51,240 nt of DNA from positions 1 to 51,240 of the forward strand of contig CANFEH010000002.1 of assembly GCA_947445855.1 (NCBI GenBank). Reading direction: 5' to 3'. The translations under genes were made by a program, and so were the position numbers. Below, piece after piece: positions 44,523 to 51,240 of the stretch (position 1 is the first letter of the stretch; each line of letters opens with the position of its first letter). The notes beneath the pieces were generated by a model. It saw only the letters and a list, made by a program, of their open reading frames with translations. It searched no databases and was not told the DNA's origin. The DNA comes from Zetaproteobacteria bacterium. Its GTDB lineage: Bacteria > Bdellovibrionota_B > Oligoflexia > Oligoflexales > Bog-1112.

Positions 44523-45860
44523 ATGAAAGTTTTTTACTTTTTCCGTTTTCTAAATGTATTATTTTTTCTAACAGTAAACTTAAATTCTCTAAAAGCTTCG
44601 GATAATCCCTCCACTTATGTGATGAAAAATCTTGTTACTGTAACAGTTGACTCATCCATCAACCCAGCAACTCTCAGTTATCTAGAAAGTGCTTTCAAAA
44701 AAGCTGAATCACAAGAGGGTGGAGCAATCCTTTTAAAGCTAAGCACACCTGGGGGTCTTGTTTCCACTACGAAAAAAATTCTCCAACTGATAGGTGAGGC
44801 TCACACCCCAACACTCATTTGGATCACTCCAGAGTCAGCTTCTGCAACCAGTGCTGGCGCTCTCATTGCAGCTGGTGCTCATTTTCTTTTTATGAGCCCT
44901 GGTACCAATATTGGAGCAGCTACTCCTATTGATATGAATGCTGAAAATCTAGAAGAAGACCTTAGAAGTAAAGCTATTAATGACCTTGTAGCTCTCATCA
45001 CAAGCCTTTCTGAAACAAGAGGACGTAATGGAAATCTTTTTGCAAAGATGGTGACTGAAGCAGCTTCTTACACTTCAGAAGAAGCTAGAAAAGAAAAGAT
45101 TATTGATTCTCTTGCTAATGATTTAGAAGACGATATTTTCCCTTTTCTTCAAGGCAAATCCTTTCTTCTAAAAGGTCATAGCTACATCTTTCAACTTGAA
45201 AATCCAAACCTTGTTAGCTTAGACATGGATCTTGGACAGAAAATTCTTAATGTTTTTGCAGATCCCAATATAGCTTATATGCTCTTTCTCGTGGGAGCAG
45301 CTCTTCTTTATTTTGAACTTCAAGCCCCAGGTGGCCTGGTACTTGGTGGGCTAGGAGCTTTTTTACTTCTTTTGTCAGGAATTAGCTTTCAAGTGCTACC
45401 TCTCAATTTTGGAGCTCTAGCTCTTTTACTCCTAGCTTTCTTACTCTTTATCCTGGAAGCCTATGTGACGAGTTACGGAGTTCTTAGTTTAGCAGGACTT
45501 GTTTCTCTTTCTTTTGGATCTCTTTTTCTTTTTCGTACAGAGGATTCCTACATGACTGTCAGTCATCATTTGATTCTAGCTGCTGTAGGCTCTATTGCTC
45601 TCTTTCTTATTTTAATTGGGGGTTATCTTTTTAAAGATTTTCGCAGAAGAACTCCTAGCGAAGACTATTACTCCAAAAAAGGAAAAACAGTTCTTATTTT
45701 CAAAGTCCTTGGTATGGATGAAGAAACAAAACAGTATAAGTATCTAGTTAAAACAGAAGGTGAAATTTGGTCAGCTCATTCAGAAAAAAAATTTGAAAAA
45801 GATTCTCATGCACTTGTATCTAATTCAGATCAAAGTTCTATGTCTCTTTATTTACAGTGA
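44523..45860 (+). CDS. nfeD: NfeD-family membrane-bound ClpP-class serine protease
   Basis: Signal/anchor. ClpP-like TPGGLVSTTKKIL...SASATSAGALIAAGA. Central multi-TM block. C-terminal OB-like NfeD domain. Followed by an SPFH gene. Confidence 0.85.
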   Translation: MKVFYFFRFLNVLFFLTVNLNSLKASDNPSTYVMKNLVTVTVDSSINPATLSYLESAFKKAESQEGGAILLKLSTPGGLVSTTKKILQLIGEAHTPTLIWITPESASATSAGALIAAGAHFLFMSPGTNIGAATPIDMNAENLEEDLRSKAINDLVALITSLSETRGRNGNLFAKMVTEAASYTSEEARKEKIIDSLANDLEDDIFPFLQGKSFLLKGHSYIFQLENPNLVSLDMDLGQKILNVFADPNIAYMLFLVGAALLYFELQAPGGLVLGGLGAFLLLLSGISFQVLPLNFGALALLLLAFLLFILEAYVTSYGVLSLAGLVSLSFGSLFLFRTEDSYMTVSHHLILAAVGSIALFLILIGGYLFKDFRRRTPSEDYYSKKGKTVLIFKVLGMDEETKQYKYLVKTEGEIWSAHSEKKFEKDSHALVSNSDQSSMSLYLQ

Positions 45861-45970
45861 GAACTATCAGAAACAGCAAAAGGCTTTGTATAGTCCTCTT
45901 TGCTTAAGCTTTTATTTATGCTAAATATAGGAAAGTATAACTTTTTCTTTACCTTGAAGGAGTCTCTCTT

Positions 45971-46714
45971 ATGTATGTTTTGTTAATTGGTTTTTTTATT
46001 TTTGGTCTTTTGTTTTTTAACACGGTGAAAATTCTTGCAGAATATGAAAGAGCCGTTATTTTTCGTCTCGGCCGTTTTGTAGGTGTGAGAGGGCCTGGGC
46101 TTATTATCTTGATTCCTGGGATTGAAACCATGAGTCGCACGGACCTGAGAACAGTGACTATGGATATCCCTTCACAAGACATCATTACCCGCGATAACGT
46201 TACTTTAAAGGTAAACGGTGTTGTTTATTTTAGAGTAAATGTTCCTGAAAAATCGATTCTTGCTGTTGAAAACTTTCTTCACGCCACAGGCCAAATAGCT
46301 CAAACCACTTTACGCTCTGTCATTGGTCAATTTGAGCTGGATGAAATTCTTTCTCAAAGAGACAAAATTAACATTCGCCTCCAAACCATTCTTGATGAAC
46401 AAACAGAACCTTGGGGAATCAAAGTTTCTACAGTAGAGGTAAAAGCTATCGACTTGCCACTTGATATGCAAAGAGCTATGGCGAAACAAGCTGAAGCAGA
46501 AAGAAACAAAAGAGCAAAGGTCATCTCTGCAGAAGGTGAACTAGAAGCTTCTAAAAAACTAGCGGAAGCAGCTGCTATACTCGATACCCAAAAAAATGCT
46601 ATTGTTCTACGCTATCTGGACACTATGAAAGAAATCTCTTGTGGAGAAGGCAAAAGCACAACTTTCTTCCCTCTTCCTATCGACTTCTTACATAAGATAA
46701 CATCAAAATCTTAA
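45971..46714 (+). CDS. SPFH/band 7 (stomatin-like) protein
   Basis: N-terminal [31 protein letters not shown] and a coiled [17 protein letters not shown] region. GAAGGAG RBS. Confidence 0.9.
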   Translation: MYVLLIGFFIFGLLFFNTVKILAEYERAVIFRLGRFVGVRGPGLIILIPGIETMSRTDLRTVTMDIPSQDIITRDNVTLKVNGVVYFRVNVPEKSILAVENFLHATGQIAQTTLRSVIGQFELDEILSQRDKINIRLQTILDEQTEPWGIKVSTVEVKAIDLPLDMQRAMAKQAEAERNKRAKVISAEGELEASKKLAEAAAILDTQKNAIVLRYLDTMKEISCGEGKSTTFFPLPIDFLHKITSKS

Positions 46715-46732
46715 GATAAGGCTTGAAATTCC

Positions 46733-47854
46733 ATGTTGAAAGTTGCTCTTGTTGGCTGGCGAGGACTTGTTGGTTCTGTTCTACTTGAACGCATGACAGA
46801 AGAGAATGATTTTAAAAGAGCTCATTTTACTTTTTTTTCCTGTTCTGCAGCTGGTAAAAAAGCTCCAACTCTCTTATCAGTTGAACCCCATACCTTGAGA
46901 GATGCTTTCTCCCTAGAGGACCTTTTTTCTCAAGATATTGTGATCAGCTGTCAAGGAAGTGACTACACAAAAGAGGTCCATGGAAAACTCAGAGAAAAAG
47001 GTTGGATGGGCTATTGGTTAGATGCAGCTTCTTATTTACGAACAGAGGCTCACTCTACTCTTGTCCTCGACCCCGTGAACAAAGCAGCTATTTTAGAAGC
47101 TCTAAACTCTGGCAAAAAAGATTTTATTGGTGCTAACTGCACAGTGAGTCTCATGCTACTAGCACTTCAAGGACTCTTTGAAGAAGATCTCATTGAATGG
47201 ATCCACACCTCTAGTTATCAAGCAGTTTCTGGAGCAGGGTCAGAGGCTATTCAAAATCTTTTAGAGGATTTAGAAGTTCTTGGCAAAAGTTCTTCACCAA
47301 AAAAATCCTCAGGAAGAAATCTACTTCTCGATAAAATGGACGAAGCTCACCACCTACTCAAAGAAAAAAGTCTTCAAACTAATGAACCAAGACTTGGGGT
47401 TAATATATTCCCTTGGATTGACTCTAGTGTCGGAGAAGGACAAACAAGAGAAGAAGCTAAAGGAGCACTAGAAACAAATAAAATTCTAGGTACAAAAACT
47501 CCTATTCCTCTTGATGGTACCTGTGTCAGAGTCCCAGTACTACGCTGCCATAGTCAAACTTTGACTCTATCTCTCAAAAAAACTATTGCTCTAAGTGAAC
47601 TCGAAAAAAAAATAAAAGAAGGAAACCCTTGGGTTGAATTGATTCCTAGTAACAAAGAAGAAACGATCCGAAGACTGACTCCAGCTGCAGCTTCTTCCAC
47701 CCTAAAAATTCTTGTTGGAAGGGTTAGACGCTTAAATCTACCAGGAAACCTTTTCGAAGTTTTCACTGTGGGTGATCAGCTTCTTTGGGGTGCTGCTGAA
47801 CCTCTACGCCGTTCTTTTCATCTCATTGTAGACTTTTTAGAAAAAAACAAATAA
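46733..47854 (+). CDS. asd: Aspartate-semialdehyde dehydrogenase (E. coli-type)
   Basis: GWRGLVGSVLLERM, active-site GANCTVSLMLLAL, CVRVPVLRCHSQ and TVGDQLLWGAAEPLRR are near-colinear with E. coli Asd. Confidence 0.95.
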   Translation: MLKVALVGWRGLVGSVLLERMTEENDFKRAHFTFFSCSAAGKKAPTLLSVEPHTLRDAFSLEDLFSQDIVISCQGSDYTKEVHGKLREKGWMGYWLDAASYLRTEAHSTLVLDPVNKAAILEALNSGKKDFIGANCTVSLMLLALQGLFEEDLIEWIHTSSYQAVSGAGSEAIQNLLEDLEVLGKSSSPKKSSGRNLLLDKMDEAHHLLKEKSLQTNEPRLGVNIFPWIDSSVGEGQTREEAKGALETNKILGTKTPIPLDGTCVRVPVLRCHSQTLTLSLKKTIALSELEKKIKEGNPWVELIPSNKEETIRRLTPAAASSTLKILVGRVRRLNLPGNLFEVFTVGDQLLWGAAEPLRRSFHLIVDFLEKNK

Positions 47855-47918
47855 TGTTTGCCACTAAAAGCCTTTCTTGACAAGGCATCTGAATTCTTGC
47901 AGTAGAAAAATTTTTCTC

Positions 47919-48503
47919 ATGACAAAAAACTCTATTTTATTAGAAAAAACACCGGATAGCTGGGCTCATGGTGTTCTCAAAAATTTTGATCTTTTTCTTC
48001 TGGATCACGCTGCCTGTGAAAGAAAAGCTGCTTTTCTTGCTTTATCCTTCACAGTCAAATATCCAGAAAGAGAAGCTCTTATTGATCCTATGATATCTCT
48101 TGCTATAGAGGAACTTAAGCATTTAAAAGAAGTGAATAAAATCATTTTAGACCGTAAAATTCCACTTCTTCAAAAAGACGAAAAAGATACTTATGTAAAT
48201 AAATTTATTGCTTCTTTAAGACATGGTCGCAATGAAAGACTACTCGACCGACTTCTTATGAGTTCTCTTGTAGAAGCTAGAGGGGAAGAGCGTTTTTCTC
48301 TCATAACAGAGCATCTAGAAGATCCTTTTTTTAAGGAGTTTTACACACGTCTTGCTCATGAAGAAGCAGGGCATCATCGCCTTTTTATGATGTTAGCTCG
48401 TCATTATTTTTCCGATGAAGAAATTTCTGCTAGACTAAAAGAACTCGCTGTTGTCGAGGCGGAAGCCATGTTAACAACTCCACTTTCCTATAGGCTTCAT
48501 TAA
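47919..48503 (+). CDS. miaE: tRNA-(ms2io6A)-hydroxylase MiaE (di-iron)
   Basis: LLDHAACERKAA, EELKHL, VEARGEERF and LAHEEAGHH iron-ligand blocks. I prefer the ATG at 47919 over the TTG at 47877. Confidence 0.8.
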   Translation: MTKNSILLEKTPDSWAHGVLKNFDLFLLDHAACERKAAFLALSFTVKYPEREALIDPMISLAIEELKHLKEVNKIILDRKIPLLQKDEKDTYVNKFIASLRHGRNERLLDRLLMSSLVEARGEERFSLITEHLEDPFFKEFYTRLAHEEAGHHRLFMMLARHYFSDEEISARLKELAVVEAEAMLTTPLSYRLH

Positions 48504-48533
48504 AAAAACCGAGGGAAAGAAAAGGATATTTCT

Positions 48534-49817
48534 TTGAAAAAACTAAGCGAAACAAAAAAAACAAAAGACCCAAACAAGGCAATTATCCTAGGCCTACAAA
48601 AAAAAACAAAAGACCCTATTCAAGGTGAAACTCTTGATGAGTTAAAGCTCCTTTTAAGTACGCTAAAAATAGAAACCTGCGAGTCGTTTATTCATAAGTA
48701 TGAAAAACTTAATCCTGCTATTTTAATAGGCCAGGGAAAGCTAGAGAAAATAAAAGCAGCAATCGAGAAACATCAAGCAGGAACGCTTGTGGTGGATCAC
48801 GCTCTCACCCCTCTTCAAGTACGAAACTTAGAAAAAGAAACTGAATGTATCGTCTTAGACAGAGCCCTTGTTATTATTAATATTTTTTCATCTCATGCCA
48901 AAACAAAAGAAGCAAAACTCCAAGTGGAAATTGCACGTTTAGAATACCTTCTTCCTAGACTTACAGGAGCTTGGACTCATTTTCAAAGACAAAAAGGAGG
49001 AGGAGCTCTTTCTCGAGGTATGGGTGAAACTCAAATTGAAGTAGACAGAAGACGAGCAAGAGACCGTATCAGCCAACTAAAAAAAAGTTTAAAAGCCATA
49101 GAAACCTCTCGTCAGATTCAAAGAAAAAAAAGAGATGATACTCTAAAAGTTGCCCTTGTAGGTTATACAAACAGCGGAAAAACCAGCATCATGTCTGCTT
49201 TAAGTAAGCTAAAAACCCCTGGAAAAGACGAGCTTTTTGCTACTTTGGACTCTAAAACAAAAGTTTTGGACCCATCCACTCATCCCAAAATTCTCATCAG
49301 TGATACGGTTGGTTTTATTCGAAATCTCCCTCATGATCTTATTGAATCTTTTAAGTCCACACTGGAAGAAGTCAAATTTGCAGACCTTTTACTCCATGTT
49401 GTTGACCTGTCTCATGCTGACTATAAAAGTCAGTTAGAAACCACAGAAAAAGTTTTAGAAGAAATTGGGGCTAGCACTATCCCCACACTGCTTGTTTTCA
49501 ATAAAATTGATCGCATTGAGAATGAGCTTCTACCTAAGATTATTCGAAAGAATTTCCCAACAAGTGCTTTGGTCTCAAGTTTTTCTAAAGAAGATATGCT
49601 ACAGCTCAGAGAAAAAATACTTAATCACTTCAAACATGAATTTCTTTGTGAAAGACTTTTTATACCAATAAATGAAGAAAAAACGCTTAGTTACATTCAC
49701 TCTAACTGCTTGATCATAGACTCTGATTATAGTAGGCTTGATGGAATAGAATTTGAAGTCAAAGCTTCCCGTCTTGTTTTACAACGTTTAGAAAAATTTT
49801 TTCTCATTGAGAAGTAA
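48534..49817 (+). CDS. hflX: GTPase HflX
   Basis: HflX N-terminal domain, G1 GYTNSGKTS, G3 DTVGF, G4 NKID. TTG start after AAAGGA. Confidence 0.9.
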   Translation: MKKLSETKKTKDPNKAIILGLQKKTKDPIQGETLDELKLLLSTLKIETCESFIHKYEKLNPAILIGQGKLEKIKAAIEKHQAGTLVVDHALTPLQVRNLEKETECIVLDRALVIINIFSSHAKTKEAKLQVEIARLEYLLPRLTGAWTHFQRQKGGGALSRGMGETQIEVDRRRARDRISQLKKSLKAIETSRQIQRKKRDDTLKVALVGYTNSGKTSIMSALSKLKTPGKDELFATLDSKTKVLDPSTHPKILISDTVGFIRNLPHDLIESFKSTLEEVKFADLLLHVVDLSHADYKSQLETTEKVLEEIGASTIPTLLVFNKIDRIENELLPKIIRKNFPTSALVSSFSKEDMLQLREKILNHFKHEFLCERLFIPINEEKTLSYIHSNCLIIDSDYSRLDGIEFEVKASRLVLQRLEKFFLIEK

Positions 49818-49824
49818 AAGAACT

Positions 49825-51135
49825 ATGACCATTTCAGTTGAAGTCAACTTTAGTAAGAAAGAAGATCTTCTCGAAAATCTCCAACGGAAAAATTTGGAAA
49901 ATATTGACCGTTTGAGAGAACCTTATGAAGACGAATCAGAAAACAATAGCCTTTGGTATAATTGGCCTGAAAATGAAGGTAAAAAATTAGCTTCAGAGCT
50001 AGACGGTATAGGCTCCAGGCTTCCCTACTACTATGATCTTGTTGTGGTTATCGGAATAGGAGGCTCCTACACAGGTACGAAAGCTATCCATGATTTGTTT
50101 GGGGCAAGCTTAGAAATAAGAAACCAAGAGCCACAAAAAAAACCTATTCTTTTTTGTGGGTACCATCTTTCAGAAAGCTATCTTCAAAAGCAACTAAAAA
50201 TTCTTGATCAATACAAACCTGTCATTTGTGTTGTTAGTAAATCAGGAAGAACTCTTGAGCCAAATGCTATTTATGCAGTCCTTTCTACACACTTAAAAAA
50301 ACGATTTAGTCATGAAGAAATTCTTGAAAGAACTTTTTTTATATCTTCTAAAAAAGAAAGCCCATTTTTAAAAGAGTTATCACCAAATAAACCTCGTTAT
50401 TTTTCTATTCCAGATGGAATTGTTGGACGATTTTCGGTCTTAAGCGCTGCAAGCCTTGTTCCTTTAGCTCTAGCTGGTCATAATATAAAAGCCCTTATGA
50501 GAGGAGCTGATGATTTTTTTAAACAACTAGAAGCGAAAGAAGAACACACGCTGAAAAGTTTGATCTACGCTCCTGCTCGTTTTCTAGCTTGGAAACAAGG
50601 AAAATCTATTGAGCTTTTAGCTTACGAAGAACCACAACTTGAAGGTCTAGGACTTTGGTGGCAACAGCTTTTTGCCGAATCTGAAGGAAAACAAGAGAAA
50701 GCTATTTTCCCGATGGGCTCTCTCTTTTCAAGAGATCTTCACTCCATTGGACAATATATTCAAGAAGGATCAAAATCTATATTTGAAACATTTCTACTCA
50801 CAAGTGGAGTGAGAAGCGAAGGAAACTTTGAAAGTGAAAGTAGAATTAGGATTCCTACAGATGAATTTTCAAGAGAACTTTTAGGTAAAGCTTCTGGTCA
50901 TTACCTAGATGATCTCAATGAAAAAATAATGAAAGCAAGCAGAAGAGCTCACAGCTTAAGAGAAGTGCCTAACTGTACTTTACGAATTGGTGTCATGAAT
51001 GAAAGTAATTTAGGATTTCTAATTGCTTTCTTTCAAACAACCTGTGTGCTTGGGGCTTTTCTTCTTGAGGTCAACCCTTACAATCAACCAGGTGTTGAAG
51101 CTTACAAAAAAGAACTTCTTCATCTACTTTCCTAA
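49825..51135 (+). CDS. pgi: Glucose-6-phosphate isomerase (short, about 440-aa type)
   Basis: IGIGGSYTG, VSKSGRTLEP, GRFSVLSAA and ESEGK motifs. I prefer the ATG at 49825 over the TTG at 49807, which overlaps hflX. Confidence 0.9.
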   Translation: MTISVEVNFSKKEDLLENLQRKNLENIDRLREPYEDESENNSLWYNWPENEGKKLASELDGIGSRLPYYYDLVVVIGIGGSYTGTKAIHDLFGASLEIRNQEPQKKPILFCGYHLSESYLQKQLKILDQYKPVICVVSKSGRTLEPNAIYAVLSTHLKKRFSHEEILERTFFISSKKESPFLKELSPNKPRYFSIPDGIVGRFSVLSAASLVPLALAGHNIKALMRGADDFFKQLEAKEEHTLKSLIYAPARFLAWKQGKSIELLAYEEPQLEGLGLWWQQLFAESEGKQEKAIFPMGSLFSRDLHSIGQYIQEGSKSIFETFLLTSGVRSEGNFESESRIRIPTDEFSRELLGKASGHYLDDLNEKIMKASRRAHSLREVPNCTLRIGVMNESNLGFLIAFFQTTCVLGAFLLEVNPYNQPGVEAYKKELLHLLS

Positions 51136-51163
51136 GCAGAAGAGATGATATAGCGCTTCCAAT

Positions 51164-51240
51164 TTAGATTGATCGTTTTTTTACGACGTCAATAACAGTT
51201 TCAAGTGGATTATCAACAGCCTCTAAAAATCTTTTCTTCA
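51164..51240 (-). CDS. 3' end of an unidentified minus-strand gene running off the window
   Basis: The hand-translated open frame ...KKRFLEAVDNPLETVIDVVKKRSI stops at 51166-51164. Too short to identify. Confidence 0.3.
   Translation of the reverse strand, partial: KKRFLEAVDNPLETVIDVVKKRSI

Noticed and set aside
47877-47912. TTGACA hexamer at the ORF-track start of miaE, as a possible -35 box.
   Set aside because: No acceptable -10 hexamer lies at 16-18 nt spacing. TAGAAA is 20 nt away.
476-49671. About 30 short (60-121 aa) ORFs in the track lie inside or antisense to longer, homology-supported genes. Examples: 476-727, 1341-1526, 4246-4455, 4611-4850, 8064-8270, 10609-10831, 11303-11578, 14113-14349, 17138-17332, 18235-18465, 21251-21439, 21637-22103, 24170-24355, 24439-24801, 30534-30785, 31907-32110, 33024-33227, 34701-34928, 35547-35774, 37214-38701, 39728-40109, 41103-41327, 44306-44605, 45949-46185, 47280-47766, 49237-49671.
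   Set aside because: They are shadow frames of well-supported genes. They have low-complexity or odd composition, no RBS and no recognisable motifs. Such open frames are expected by chance in AT-rich DNA opposite real genes.
1-51240. Genomic island, prophage or defence-system signatures across the window.
   Set aside because: I found no integrase, transposase, tRNA attachment site, flanking direct repeats, restriction-modification, toxin-antitoxin, Cas, reverse transcriptase or phage structural genes. Gene content is overwhelmingly housekeeping, and I noticed no abrupt shift in composition by eye.

Overview
This is a 51.2-kb, densely coding chromosomal segment from a diderm (Gram-negative) bacterium. 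It looks AT-rich, roughly one-third G+C by eye (not computed). It uses the standard genetic code.

I support about 48 CDSs, one of them a small ORF missing from the ORF track (CcmD-like). I also call a few sigma70-like promoters, four intrinsic-terminator-like hairpins and one in-frame tandem repeat. I found no rRNA, tRNA, CRISPR array, transposase, integrase or other mobile-element signature. The window reads as core genome rather than an island.

Recognisable content:
- DNA repair and nucleic-acid enzymes: nth, a DEDDh exonuclease, a Ski2/HelY-like DUF3516 helicase, HU.
- tRNA modification and translation: DTW/TapT, MiaE, class I LysRS, HflX, Aat.
- Central metabolism: asd, pgi, folK, pruA, sufS.
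- Redox: AhpC-type peroxiredoxin, a membrane-anchored glutaredoxin.
- Proteostasis and peptidases: dnaJ, PtrB, PrlC, an NfeD-stomatin pair, an exported ClpP-like protease.
- Envelope: two beta-barrel outer-membrane proteins including a TonB-dependent receptor, several lipoproteins, DedA, a BaxI-like protein, ABC transporters, CcmD/E.
- Two mevalonate-pathway genes.

The mix of mevalonate pathway, class I LysRS, E. coli-type Asd, many exported hydrolases and a secreted ankyrin protein suggests a predatory or host-associated proteobacterium-like lineage, for example Bdellovibrionota/Oligoflexia. This placement is a low-confidence inference.

The most unusual object is a 721-aa protein encoded directly after HMG-CoA reductase and mevalonate kinase. 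It looks like a tandemly duplicated MqnC/MqnE/CofH-type radical-SAM barrel that has lost every cluster cysteine.

Other leads:
- An exported coiled-coil ClpP homologue.
- A translationally coupled lipoprotein/TonB-receptor pair.
- A secreted ankyrin protein.
- A grx-sufS-prlC-DUF2797 operon.
- A long structured leader upstream of an outer-membrane-protein/lipoprotein-hydrolase pair.
- Several large orphan secreted proteins.

All homology statements come from motif recognition by eye. No searches were run.
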